A stretch of 59,611 nucleotides of DNA, filler included, from Sanchytrium tribonematis (Eukaryota): the NCBI GenBank assembly GCA_018985235.1. It is 8 parts of 8 records of this genome, joined end to end, with 100 filler letters (N's around TTAATTAATTAA, not from the genome) between each part and the next. Parts side by side here need not be neighbours in the genome. Positions count along the whole stretch, not along the records: positions 15,012 to 22,401 come from JADGIG010000438.1; positions 22,502 to 29,869 come from JADGIG010000439.1; positions 29,970 to 37,319 come from JADGIG010000440.1; 5 more parts are not named here. One strand, written 5' to 3'. Position 1 is the stretch's first letter; every line of letters starts with the position of its first letter. A program made the translations under genes and the position numbers. The notes below the pieces were generated by a model, which saw only the letters and a program-made list of their open reading frames with translations, did not search any database and was not told the origin of the DNA. Shown one piece after another: positions 21,096-31,411 of the stretch.

Positions 21096-21434
21096 TTATA
21101 ATTTAGCACCTTGTTGTAATGTCTTTAACGCGGAATCCAATTTTAAAGCAGTCATCATATTTCCCTTGATTTTCAATTTACCCTTCATAAATGCATTTTG
21201 GGATGTCAATTTACCTTGTACGATATCCATTAAATCTTTTTCTTTTAATAATATAGTCACATCTCCACTTTCTGATGCATGCTTCTTAATATTCCCACTT
21301 TTGAAATCTAAGACGTATTTCGTGCCATCAATCTCGATAATGAAGATGGAATTGATTTTACTCAACATTTCTTTGCGTTTGGATTCGGATAATGATTGAA
21401 ATGATGCTGATAATGTGTCAATGACTTGGGACAT
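21096..21434 (-). CDS. SCP2 sterol-carrier domain protein with PTS1
   Basis: GKLTSQNAFMKGKLKIKGNMMTALKL; C-terminal AKL peroxisomal signal. Confidence 0.9.
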   Translation of the reverse strand: MSQVIDTLSASFQSLSESKRKEMLSKINSIFIIEIDGTKYVLDFKSGNIKKHASESGDVTILLKEKDLMDIVQGKLTSQNAFMKGKLKIKGNMMTALKLDSALKTLQQGAKL

Positions 21435-21467
21435 GTTTAAAGGGGATTGTCACAAAAATCATTAAAA

Positions 21468-21540
21468 TGGAGAATCAGGGCTTCGATCCCTGTACCTTTC
21501 GCATGCAAAGCGAACGCTCTACCAATTGAGCTAATTCCCC
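21468..21540 (-). tRNA. tRNA-Ala(TGC)
   Basis: 73-nt cloverleaf GGGGAATTAGCTCAATTGGTAGAGCG..TTTGCAT..GGGATCGAAGCCC..TTCTCCA with a G3:U70 pair, followed by TTTT. Confidence 0.95.
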
Positions 21541-21574
21541 AATGTTTTCTCCTATGAAATAGACACTATATTTA

Positions 21575-22401
21575 TTAATACAATAAGTAGGATAATACAA
21601 TAAATGACCAGGATAATGAATTAGCGGGAGATACTTCAAATCCATCTGAATATTCAGCATAAGAATTCTTTGCATATTTTATAGTTGATTTTAAACCGGG
21701 GTGATTTGTGAAATAATGGGCATTTGGATCTGCTGAAGGAACCTTGTCATGTAGATATGCAACAACTTTTTGACAATATTGTGGGATATCTTGTGCGACA
21801 TCTTGGATTTCTTTAGGGAGTAAATTGAGGGCATATTGAGGGATTTTAAGATTTTGAAATGAAATGAGGACATCGGGAAGGGATTCTTGTTGCAAATTAG
21901 GGTTGGAAGAGTCCGTTGGAGTAGCTATAGGACTAGATGAACCAGTTGGGGATGCTGGTGGGGATGGAATGGCTGGAGATGATACATTTTTATGTGCAGA
22001 TGCCAGACTTGCTGGTGATGACGGAATAGCTGGTGGAGGGGTGACTGGAGTTGGACCAGAACTTGCTGGTGATTTTGGGGAAGATTGAGTGGGTTGTGGA
22101 ATCGGGATGGAGATTTTTGGCAAATTTGGAATTGAAGCAACAGAGGATTTTGTTGGCGTGACGACTGCTGGTGTAGCTGGTGCTGCCGATTTGGGTGCTT
22201 GTGGGGCACCAGGAATTGGCGCATCAATATCAATAGGCTTATAATCACTAGTAGGATGTGAAAAGGTTTGAGTCCAATATATTTTACCATCACTCCCTGT
22301 AGATTCAAAATAGCCGAATCTGTCATAATTGGGATTTAAAAGATTCTCTCTGTGTCCTGCTGAGTTCATCCACGCAGTCATGACTTCTTCAACAGATTTT
22401 T
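21575..22401 (-). CDS. CAP/SCP-domain protein with Pro/Ser/Thr-rich stalk and likely GPI signal (5'-partial)
   Basis: VMTAWMNSAGHRENLLNP..YWTQTF, a PST-rich linker and a hydrophobic C-terminus. Confidence 0.82.
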
Positions 22402-22501
22402 NNNNNNNNNNNNNNNNNNNNNNNNNNNNNNNNNNNNNNNNNNNNTTAATTAATTAANNNNNNNNNNNNNNNNNNNNNNNNNNNNNNNNNNNNNNNNNNN
22501 N
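22402..22501. other. Artificial contig linker
   Basis: N44-TTAATTAATTAA-N44. Confidence 0.98.
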
Positions 22502-22545
22502 TGAAACAATCTGAAGAAGTCCTCATTTGAAATCGATGCCTTTGT

Positions 22546-25500
22546 TTGGAGTTCCTCGTAAAATCTTCTTTGAGGAATAAGATTCCGAAGTCAGAGTGGT
22601 TAAACGTTATGATTAACTTGTTGCCAGAGAGGGTAGCTTGTCTTTTTAACGTCGACGACTACCCTACATATGAAAGGTTTTTGCGAGGACTTATTACGAA
22701 GTTCCGAGCAAAAAGTAAGCTGGCTAAATTGGTGAACGAGATGACCTCGACCATGCAGAAGCCAGGAACGAATGTCTCAGATTACTGCGAGGAAATGAGA
22801 ATGAATGTGGACAAATTAAAGTTCGTACTTAGGAAGCCACTAAGTAGCGATACAGAGATGATGCGTGAGCAAGCAAGAAGATTAGTTACGGATGAGTACG
22901 TTATCTTTAGACTACTACATTTCTGCAGCCCGACCATGAAAGCTAGTGTGCGACATAGCCTGACGGTCAGAGAAGTAACTACAATCTCAGGAGCAGAGCA
23001 CATGCTGGAAACGATCGAACGAGAAGTCAAATTCTTGATCGGATCAAAGTATTACGAATATAGGGACCCTTTTGATGAGGATGTTGCGGGAGGTACCGTA
23101 AAGAAGAACCAAGGAGGTAAGCCTAAGACGGAGGCTAATCCGGAAGGAAAATTTAAGAATTTGATGAAGACGACCATTCGTCGGTTGTCTCCCGAAGACA
23201 GGCAAATGTGTCTCGATGAAGGGCTATGTTTTTTGTGTAAAGACCCGGAAAATAAGCACCGGGCTAGGGATTGCCCCACGATAAGGTCAAAGCACCATAG
23301 AACTCGCCCTAAGGAGGACGAAGCTGGAGGATCGGTCAGGGAGCGTTTTTCTAAGGTACATAAGGTGAAGGCCCGAAGAGTAACCCAAGATTCGACAATT
23401 CCTTGCATCGAGGCAGAGGGTACTGTCGAAGGCGTTTCCAGTAAGCTGCTAGTCGATACGGGCAGTGAAGTGAATCTGGTAACAGTTAAATGGTTGTTAG
23501 ACCATGCGGAAGGACTTCAGGTTAAGAGGTCACCTTACGACCTACTGGAGACATTTAATGAAAAGACGGCAGAGAAGGTACTGGGTAGAGTGGATCTACG
23601 ATGTACTTTAGCTTTTGGGAGCGATGCAATCCTGCCGTTTGAAATAGTAAAGAATAGCGGGTGTCATATTTTGTTGGGCATCGGCAGCATTCAACCATTA
23701 AATATAATTATAAATGGTAAAAGAGGCATCATCGAAATGGGGAACAAAGTAGTTGATTTCAAAACCATGAAGGAAGTGGTTCCCAACTTCTCAGAATCTT
23801 CAAGAGCTTCCGCGGACTCCGAGAGGACTCCGGCCCAAGTAAAGAAGGTCAAAAACTCAGCAAAGGTGTACTACGTGACCAACAAAATGGGCCGCAAGTT
23901 TGAAGACCCAGAAGTGGTAATGGAAGAGCCACCTGAGTTTAACGGTAAAGACCTAACTACTAGAATATCGGTAGAATACCGGGAGCTCCACGATGTAATT
24001 CGTCCCGATTTCCATTCTGGTTTTACCAAAAACGAACCGGAACAGTTGTCGAAACTTTGCATGGAGCTCATTCAAGATGAGGCGGATCCGCCTACTGATA
24101 TGGAGATTGTTAGTGAAGAATTTCCAAGAATGCCAGAGGAAGACTACCCCGGGAATGAGGACATCGTGCACTTTGATGAAATTCCCATTTTAGTGGATGA
24201 TGGTAAACGGCAAGTAGACGCCATTATTAGTGAAATCCGATTTGGGACAACACTTACTCAATCCCAAAAACAGAAAGTGGAGCAGTTAGTAAGGAAACAT
24301 TTGAGTGTGTTTACCGGGAAATTGGGCGCCAAGGTGCCGGCCGCGAAGATCGAGCTAAGAGATATCACACCTTATAAGGAGAAGAGACGACATCGAGATG
24401 CGACCCAGGAGGCGGTGATAGCCGAAAACATTGAAGAGATGCTCGCTCTAGGGTATATAACGGAATGCCCAACGTCAGAATATACACACGAGACAGTTCT
24501 GATTAAGAAGAAAGGCACCAGTAAGTGGCGTTTCTGCATCGATTTTCGTCCTTTGAACGGGAAGTTAGTTTATTGCCACTACCCCCAAGCAGATATTGAA
24601 GACAATATACTACGTTTTGCGGGTAAAAGGTATTTTTGCAAATTTGATATGACTAGTGGGTTCTGGCAGATCAAACTAGATCCAGAATCACAACCATACA
24701 CCGCATTCTACGCTAATGGAAAGCTATACATGTTCTGTGTGCTACCCTTCGGGATTGCTAATGCACCAGCATGGTTTCAACAAATATTAGATAGAGTACT
24801 GGAAGGTTTAGATTTTGCTAAAGCCTTCCTTGACGACATCTCTATGGGTCACGAGACCTTCGAAGGGATGATGGAAGACCTTGAGCGTCTTTTAATTAGA
24901 TTAGACCAATACAACATCAAGTTGAGCGCAAAGAAATGTTATATTGGATTTAAACAAATGGCCTTGTTAGGACATGTCATCGACGATAGTGGGATACGCC
25001 CTGACGATGAGAAGGTCGCGGCATTGTTAAAGGCCAATGTTCCGACCAATAAGAAAGAGTTGGCCTCCTTTCATGGGGCCATGCAGTGGCATCAGCGCTA
25101 CATTCCCGATTACTCGATAATCGCGAAATGTCTTTTAGATCTACTGGCGAAAAAATCGCCGTGGATTTGGGATGAAGAACATCAGGAGGCCTATGATAAG
25201 GTTTTGAACATCTTGGCCAAAAAGGTGGTATTGCATTACCCAGACCCTCGGAAGCCATATCAGATCCGCACGGATGCGTCTAGCAAAAAGGGTCTTGGTG
25301 CGGTCCTCCTACAAGAAGGATTGCCTATCTTTTTCTGGAGTAGGAAATTGTCGGAACGCGAGCTGAAGTGGCACATTACTGAACTAGAGTGTCTCGCCAT
25401 AGTAGAAAGCCTCAAACGATTTGAGAGATATGTCTCGGGCCAGAGTATCACTGTTTTCACTGACCATGGAGCCCTGAGTTGGCTACTTACGGGTCGACCG

Positions 25501-27099
25501 GCGTTAAAAGGAAAACTTTATAGATGGAGTATTTACTTGAGTCAGTTTCAGTTGAAAATTGTTTACATCAAAGGTCATCGTAATCTAGATGCGGACTTTT
25601 TAAGTCGACACCCTTGCGCAGCCGACGCCGAGCAACTTGCTTTCTCGTCAAAGGAGGAGAGAGACTGCAAGAAGGGCGTGGTTGACGAGAATGTGGTTGA
25701 CGAGAGTAAGAAGGGCGTGGTTGACGAGAATGTGGGCGACGAGACGGTTAATTTTTTAAACGCCAAAGTGGGAGAGGTCTCCGCGAAACGAATGTCAGAG
25801 AACAACGTACTTTTGGATCAACAAACAACAGATGAAGAAGTTAGAATGAGATACGATGTCATTCGTACCCGAATGAAGAAAGGTGAAGAAGACGTCATAA
25901 CGGCGAATAATGCCTTGTCTTCCGGGTTCATCCCGAAGTTTGAACCGGTAACTGAGAACTCGTCAAACTTGATGAATGCGATGGTTAAAGATTGGGCGCG
26001 CTACCCCTACCGAGTCTGTCCTGCTAATGAAGTCATTCTGGACATCACAGAATTAGAAAGCGAGATCAATGAGAACCCCTTGAAAAGGTTTTTCCCAGTA
26101 AGGGATCACACTACTAACCCTGGTGACCCAGTCAGGTTCAAAGAGGTTTTGGCCAAAGTGGTGGGACCGGGAACTGAGTATGTGGTAATCGTCACGGCGA
26201 TTGGAGATATGGCGGGAGATCCAGTTCTACCTTCCCGCTACACCTGCACTATTGGGATGGAAGGGCAGACAGATTTGCAAACTAGGTTCGCGCTTCTTGT
26301 ATTAGAATGGGTCATTCCAATTGGGTTGGAAACTATTGGAAGGTTGAACAAGCTATACGCGCTAACCGGTAGAAAAGAAAATCGTTCTAAAGGAGAGCGT
26401 CGACAAACCAGAGAATCGACCGATGTAGAGCATTTTAAGCTATCGGACGATATCAGCAATCGACAGAAGGAGATCGACGAGCTTGTTAAATTGGTTGGTG
26501 GCTCCATTCGAGTGGCTGTTCGTTTTATTGAAAGGGACCGCTTTGAACCGAGACTGCCGGATCATTTTAACATCCTCTTGGGAGAACGATCGGGTTATGG
26601 GGACGTCGTTGCAAAAGATTTAGTATGGGAGGTTCTACCCGTGCCAGTGGGAGACCTAAAAAATAAGTACGCGGAGGCTGAGTCCAAGCTTACCCACGAC
26701 TTGGGTGGCCAGCTGTCGAAGCTGTACCTAGAGTTGGTGTCTTTTAGGGAGCCAGCAGCCCGACTAATCGCTGGTAGCATTCGGCTTCCTGCCACTAGTT
26801 TTTCCCAAATGAGACTTGAAGTAGGGAATCGGGTGTCCTGGATCTTACCCATCAAGGACAGCTCGAAGTACAATAAGGCCCCACTCCAAGGGAAAGACGT
26901 AGTTCTTTTACCCGATGAGCAGCCATGGACGGACCACTTACTGGTGAAAAAAGAGGCCCTAGCCAAACAATATTGTAGTGCGTGGGGATTATTCCTTAGG
27001 AATGCCATGGAGAGATATGGCTTATTCGTTCAAGGGTTCGATCCCACAAGATGGAGGGAGCACCCTTTTGCTTCAAACCAAACCGGAAGCATGGGTTAA
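22546..27099 (+). CDS. Gag-Pol polyprotein: zinc knuckle, protease, RT, RNase H and an unknown extension
   Basis: CFLCKDPENKHRARDC, LVDTGS, WRFCIDFRPLN, LPFGIANAP, FLDD, TDASS..ELECLAIV..TDH..NLDADFLSR. Confidence 0.92.
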   Translation: MEFLVKSSLRNKIPKSEWLNVMINLLPERVACLFNVDDYPTYERFLRGLITKFRAKSKLAKLVNEMTSTMQKPGTNVSDYCEEMRMNVDKLKFVLRKPLSSDTEMMREQARRLVTDEYVIFRLLHFCSPTMKASVRHSLTVREVTTISGAEHMLETIEREVKFLIGSKYYEYRDPFDEDVAGGTVKKNQGGKPKTEANPEGKFKNLMKTTIRRLSPEDRQMCLDEGLCFLCKDPENKHRARDCPTIRSKHHRTRPKEDEAGGSVRERFSKVHKVKARRVTQDSTIPCIEAEGTVEGVSSKLLVDTGSEVNLVTVKWLLDHAEGLQVKRSPYDLLETFNEKTAEKVLGRVDLRCTLAFGSDAILPFEIVKNSGCHILLGIGSIQPLNIIINGKRGIIEMGNKVVDFKTMKEVVPNFSESSRASADSERTPAQVKKVKNSAKVYYVTNKMGRKFEDPEVVMEEPPEFNGKDLTTRISVEYRELHDVIRPDFHSGFTKNEPEQLSKLCMELIQDEADPPTDMEIVSEEFPRMPEEDYPGNEDIVHFDEIPILVDDGKRQVDAIISEIRFGTTLTQSQKQKVEQLVRKHLSVFTGKLGAKVPAAKIELRDITPYKEKRRHRDATQEAVIAENIEEMLALGYITECPTSEYTHETVLIKKKGTSKWRFCIDFRPLNGKLVYCHYPQADIEDNILRFAGKRYFCKFDMTSGFWQIKLDPESQPYTAFYANGKLYMFCVLPFGIANAPAWFQQILDRVLEGLDFAKAFLDDISMGHETFEGMMEDLERLLIRLDQYNIKLSAKKCYIGFKQMALLGHVIDDSGIRPDDEKVAALLKANVPTNKKELASFHGAMQWHQRYIPDYSIIAKCLLDLLAKKSPWIWDEEHQEAYDKVLNILAKKVVLHYPDPRKPYQIRTDASSKKGLGAVLLQEGLPIFFWSRKLSERELKWHITELECLAIVESLKRFERYVSGQSITVFTDHGALSWLLTGRPALKGKLYRWSIYLSQFQLKIVYIKGHRNLDADFLSRHPCAADAEQLAFSSKEERDCKKGVVDENVVDESKKGVVDENVGDETVNFLNAKVGEVSAKRMSENNVLLDQQTTDEEVRMRYDVIRTRMKKGEEDVITANNALSSGFIPKFEPVTENSSNLMNAMVKDWARYPYRVCPANEVILDITELESEINENPLKRFFPVRDHTTNPGDPVRFKEVLAKVVGPGTEYVVIVTAIGDMAGDPVLPSRYTCTIGMEGQTDLQTRFALLVLEWVIPIGLETIGRLNKLYALTGRKENRSKGERRQTRESTDVEHFKLSDDISNRQKEIDELVKLVGGSIRVAVRFIERDRFEPRLPDHFNILLGERSGYGDVVAKDLVWEVLPVPVGDLKNKYAEAESKLTHDLGGQLSKLYLELVSFREPAARLIAGSIRLPATSFSQMRLEVGNRVSWILPIKDSSKYNKAPLQGKDVVLLPDEQPWTDHLLVKKEALAKQYCSAWGLFLRNAMERYGLFVQGFDPTRWREHPFASNQTGSMG
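25669..25746 (+). repeat. In-frame 39-bp tandem duplication (KKGVVDENVV/GDE)
   Basis: AAGAAGGGCGTGGTTGACGAGAATGTGG starts at both 25669 and 25708. Confidence 0.9.
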
Positions 27100-27376
27100 C
27101 CCAGAGGACATCTATTATGAACATGAAGAGTTACAAAAGAATCGCAAGGCCGTGGTCGAAATTCCTAAGAGGGAAAGGGTGATCAAAACATCTTCTTCCC
27201 CACCGCGTAGTCCTTTGTTGGACTTTGAGGAGAATTTAGTCTTTAGGAAGCAGACAAAGAGACCGAAGGTCGACTCTAGAGGAATGGTGAGTTATGCTGA
27301 TCTGAACACGACTAGTGAGGCGATGGTAGCCGCCGTGACCACCTGACGACAAGAGAAGGAAGCGAGAGACGTAGTC

Positions 27377-29197
27377 GTGCTGGACGGAGGTCCCGACCCA
27401 GATGCGATGGACTTGATGGCGGAACCAGATGAATCGGAGACGCTGGAGGAAATAGACTTCCTAAATAGTCAGCTATCCGTAGAGAATATTAAGCGCGTCC
27501 AGGACGCTAACGGACAGATAAAGGACACAACCATGACGGAGGCCCCCGTACCTGGGCATGATACGGCGGAAGAAAACTTCAAGGAATCCATAGACTCTAC
27601 AAACCGGCTATTAGTCGATCCCACACCACTGATGCTACCTGGATTTACTATAGATCAGTTTCGAGAGATTCAGTTAATGGATTCGTCGACTGAAGAAGCC
27701 ACACGTGCCGGGATGGATGAACAGCCACCCCTGGAGAAAGGATTTGATCGGGAACGACACCTGATTACCGTTGGCGGAAGGATTGTCATGCCACGAGTTT
27801 TGGTGCCTACGGCTCTGATGTTTGCACATTGCCATAGAGCGCACGCCAACACAGAGTCCGTGCTGAAGGAGTTGGATGGTTTCTACTGGCCAAAGAAGGC
27901 TGAAGAAATCCGGCATTTCGTGAGCCGCTGTTTCTGGTGCCGAGTGTTTAAAAGCAACAACATGGGAATTGGATACTACACCCGGACGCCCCCTACGATG
28001 CCTTGGGAATGTGCAGCGATCGATGTGCTTTATTTGATTGAGGAAGAGCGACCAGATGGGTCAGCAGTCAGCAAGATCTTCGTCTTTGCAGATGTGCTAA
28101 CTGGATGGGTGAGACTCATCCCGATTCCAGACGAGACGGCAAAGAGTGTAGCCATTGCAATGCTACAAGTAGTAAAATGTGGGAGACACCCTAAGCACAT
28201 CCTCTCCGACAACGCGTCGTATTTTAGAGCTCTACATAAGAGCGCATCAGATTGGAAACTAAATGGACATGTAGAGACCACGTTCCATTTTTGCACCCCT
28301 TATCTGCATCACTCAAACCCGGCAGAGCGACTAAATCGAGAAGTGCTCACCCTGCTGAAGATACATTGTAAGTACTCCGCAGATGGGAGTGAGAGAGCGA
28401 GCCCTTGGACCGAACAATTGGATCTGGTAGAGTCCATCATAAACCATCGGAAAATGGGAAAGAAGCCATCTCCATCTAGTCTGCAGTTTTTGGCTATTGA
28501 CGTGAATGAAATGTCAGAGCCGGTAACTCGAGATGAGAGAGAGGGAGTCGCTCGAATTTGGAATAGGCAGAGGAAAGCGGTTGATGAATTTAGAGCACAA
28601 AAATACGCAGATGCTATTTCTAAAGCCGCGAAAAGAAACCACACGAGGAAAAATACGAGTGACCTGGTGGTGGGGCAACTGGTAGTCTACTGCCCGGATG
28701 TAGGGAAAAAGACCAAGATGGGTAGTAATGCAACTGGCCCATACGTTATTACTGCGAAAAATGGACCTTATGTGGCCCTGGAACATATCCAAAATCGCAG
28801 TGACGCTTTAACAGTCAGCGAGCACCAAGTCAAGTTGGTACATGAGATTGAGTATGATTTAGGAGCCCAGCAGCTTAGAGAAGGGGAGGTATTAAACCCC
28901 ACTGCAGAACGAGGGCGACAGGAGTTAGCAAGAACGAGAATTATTAGGGCCGGTGGTAAAGCCTCGGTCGAAAAGTGCAACCTGGGAGGGATGAGACGTG
29001 TGCCGGAAGTACCTGAGGTAGCCCTTATGTCGACCGAAGGATATGGGGCTGTAATTCGTCGTATCCGGTATGAGCCACTCGTAGGTCGAAACACAGACAC
29101 ACCAGACGAGTTGATTGGTGAGCCAAACAACGTACCAATCAAGGAAGTGACGGGGAACCATAAGAAGGTTGGCTCCCCAAGGACACATCATGACTAG
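27377..29197 (+). CDS. Retrotransposon integrase ORF; its frame extends back through one TGA (27344-46) to about 26978
   Basis: HHCC (H..H..CFWC), DDE (AIDV, SDN, AERLNR) and a GPY motif. Confidence 0.88.
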   Translation: MLDGGPDPDAMDLMAEPDESETLEEIDFLNSQLSVENIKRVQDANGQIKDTTMTEAPVPGHDTAEENFKESIDSTNRLLVDPTPLMLPGFTIDQFREIQLMDSSTEEATRAGMDEQPPLEKGFDRERHLITVGGRIVMPRVLVPTALMFAHCHRAHANTESVLKELDGFYWPKKAEEIRHFVSRCFWCRVFKSNNMGIGYYTRTPPTMPWECAAIDVLYLIEEERPDGSAVSKIFVFADVLTGWVRLIPIPDETAKSVAIAMLQVVKCGRHPKHILSDNASYFRALHKSASDWKLNGHVETTFHFCTPYLHHSNPAERLNREVLTLLKIHCKYSADGSERASPWTEQLDLVESIINHRKMGKKPSPSSLQFLAIDVNEMSEPVTRDEREGVARIWNRQRKAVDEFRAQKYADAISKAAKRNHTRKNTSDLVVGQLVVYCPDVGKKTKMGSNATGPYVITAKNGPYVALEHIQNRSDALTVSEHQVKLVHEIEYDLGAQQLREGEVLNPTAERGRQELARTRIIRAGGKASVEKCNLGGMRRVPEVPEVALMSTEGYGAVIRRIRYEPLVGRNTDTPDELIGEPNNVPIKEVTGNHKKVGSPRTHHD

Positions 29198-29711
29198 TGA
29201 ACGCAATAAACAGTCTAAGTTACTTGCCTTTTATGAGGAGTTATTCAACTCGCTCAACGAACCCTTTACACGAGCCGCGTCGCAGTTTCAGGAGCGACTT
29301 GCAAGATTAGAGACAGGTAAGGTAGCTGCGGACGCGAAGGTTTACGTTATGGTCCGCGATAACGTAAATGCGTGTACCGCGTTACAGGAGAAGTTTGCAG
29401 ACGAGCAAGAGGTGTACAGACAGTACATCCGAGACGCCTGTACTGCCGGGTTTGGGGACTCTGAGATCCTGGTTCAGCTGCTAGGCTTAGGACAGACAAA
29501 CCGGTTGTATGGCAAGGCGTATATTGAAGTCGCACAGATGGCTAAGGTTGATTTACAAGCAATCAACCGCGCAGTAGACGACTGGATGCAGAAGCACTGG
29601 TTTCCTCCCTTTATGGAAGTAGATGCGCCTACGGCAAGCGCGGCCCCCGGAATGGCCGAACGTTACATAATACATGAATACCTCTGTGGTTTTTTAAATG
29701 CTACCGAATAA
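29190..29711 (+). CDS. Extra ORF downstream of integrase, unknown function
   Basis: The ATG lies 5 nt before the integrase stop (ATGACTAG); 173 aa, helical-looking, element-like composition until about 29660. Confidence 0.5.
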   Translation: MTSERNKQSKLLAFYEELFNSLNEPFTRAASQFQERLARLETGKVAADAKVYVMVRDNVNACTALQEKFADEQEVYRQYIRDACTAGFGDSEILVQLLGLGQTNRLYGKAYIEVAQMAKVDLQAINRAVDDWMQKHWFPPFMEVDAPTASAAPGMAERYIIHEYLCGFLNATE

Positions 29712-29869
29712 TATCAACGAGCAAGAATTAGTCATGAAAATCAAATAAAAAACATCATTTTAACTTTGGAACAGCAAAATACGCCCCAAAACTACTTAGA
29801 ATTGCTTAAACGTGATACATCAATGGCCTGCAATATTAATGACTATATTCCTCTTGATACAGGGACTTC

Positions 29870-29969
29870 NNNNNNNNNNNNNNNNNNNNNNNNNNNNNNN
29901 NNNNNNNNNNNNNTTAATTAATTAANNNNNNNNNNNNNNNNNNNNNNNNNNNNNNNNNNNNNNNNNNNN
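29870..29969. other. Artificial contig linker
   Basis: N44-TTAATTAATTAA-N44. Confidence 0.98.
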
Positions 29970-30282
29970 CTGCTTTTATGATACTTGTGTGCTCAATTTC
30001 AACAAATGATCCACATTTTAAAGGAAAATACTTAAAAGAGTCTCCCAGCTGAAAAGGTGGGACAATTAAGCAATTTTTCATAATGAATACGTATTTCCCT
30101 AAAATAATGGATGGAGCATTCTTTTTGGAGCCTCTCAAGTCGCCCCTTATCATAACGTCCTCAAGCAAAATGCAATTTCCGCCAAACGCAATAAAATCTG
30201 AACCGGTAATTCTTGACTTCCGACTGACTTTATTACCAGAAGTTGTGATGATATAATCTGAAGCGTGGAAGTGCGACAGCAT
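29970..30282 (-). CDS. DCTN5: Dynactin subunit 5 (p25), 3'-partial
   Basis: YIITTSGNKVSRKS..IRGDLR..IILGKY left-handed beta-helix signature. Confidence 0.85.
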
Positions 30283-30325
30283 CCCTTATGGTTAGAAAAA
30301 ATATCTGGGCCCAAGCCACTTGAAC

Positions 30326-31411
30326 ATGTCTGACTGTGATGCTATTCAAAATTCTTTATGGGATATGGGTGTGTATATTGGTGGATCTACATCAAATTGC
30401 TGTAATAATCCGGCATATAAGCTAAATTGTAATCAATTTAATCGAGTAACAGAAGTTTATTGGGATAATTTTAATTTGACTGGAACATTTACGCTAGGAT
30501 ATTCAGATCTACAGTATGTCACTAAGATTAGTATTGCAAACAATCCCAATTTGAAAAATTTAAACGCTTTATGCGATGTAAATTTCAAGACACTTCAATG
30601 GTTGGATATTAGTAAAACCAAAGCGGCTGTAAACTGTTTACCTCAAGCACTAGGTCAGTTATATGCTAGGGATGCAGGATTGACAGTCTTGCCAAAGCAA
30701 TGTAGTCTCCCATTGAGAATCTTAGATATTTCGAAAAATCAAGTTCAGTCTCTGCCATGTAATTGGCCTCTAAATAGGTTGTACGCCAGTAACAATTTAA
30801 TTGATTCTACATTGAATTTGTGTTCTTCTACAATGGAAATTGTCGATCTATCCTCAAACAAATTAGGAAATGGCATCTTATGCAAATGGAACTCTGCCAA
30901 ATATATTAGCTTGAAAAATAACAATATCAAAAGCACAAATAATTTGTGCGGAATAGCATCCCTTAAGTCAATCAACTTGGCCAACAATCAAATTCAATCG
31001 ATATCTAATTGCAATGCTAACCTGCAGGAGATTTCAATTGAAAACAATAATGTGCAGAATATTACTGATATCCTTTGCGACAGTAATCAGCTTCAATATT
31101 TAAACGCTGAAGGAAACTACCTCAGCGTTATGCCAAATTGTTTCTCATCGTCAAAAGTAGAAATATATGGAACTGTAAATGAAATCCAATACTATCAAAA
31201 TTCCACCATCATTCAGACCTTTGGGTTACATACTCCGGATCCGATTGCAACAACATTGGTAGTAACGACACTTGAAGGAATGATAGATCAGTCTCCTACA
31301 CCATCTCCATCTCCAAGAGCCACGAAATTACCAAATATCGAAAATCAGAGTGATGCTGCGATCATGGGACAATTGAGTTTAGTTATCGTTTTTCTTTTTT
31401 TGTTCAAGTAA
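30326..31411 (+). CDS. Extracellular-type LRR protein with Cys caps and a GPI-like C-terminus
   Basis: NCC..C..RVTEVYW..NLTG N-cap, repeated LxxLxLSxNxL, a Pro/Thr stalk and a hydrophobic tail. Confidence 0.8.
   Translation: MSDCDAIQNSLWDMGVYIGGSTSNCCNNPAYKLNCNQFNRVTEVYWDNFNLTGTFTLGYSDLQYVTKISIANNPNLKNLNALCDVNFKTLQWLDISKTKAAVNCLPQALGQLYARDAGLTVLPKQCSLPLRILDISKNQVQSLPCNWPLNRLYASNNLIDSTLNLCSSTMEIVDLSSNKLGNGILCKWNSAKYISLKNNNIKSTNNLCGIASLKSINLANNQIQSISNCNANLQEISIENNNVQNITDILCDSNQLQYLNAEGNYLSVMPNCFSSSKVEIYGTVNEIQYYQNSTIIQTFGLHTPDPIATTLVVTTLEGMIDQSPTPSPSPRATKLPNIENQSDAAIMGQLSLVIVFLFLFK

Larger units (their letters stand above)
22502..29660 (+). mobile_element. Ty3/Gypsy-type LTR retrotransposon (internal region; no LTRs identified in the contig)
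   Basis: Order is Gag-PR-RT-RH-IN; visibly more GC-rich than the host-gene contigs. Confidence 0.92.

Noticed and set aside
21475..21675. 66-aa ORF overlapping the tRNA
   Set aside because: It is a spurious translation of tRNA-Ala and the end of the CAP gene.
22782..29535. Many antisense ORFs inside the retrotransposon and other genes
   Set aside because: These are shadow ORFs expected opposite real coding sequence, especially in GC-richer DNA, and have no independent motifs.
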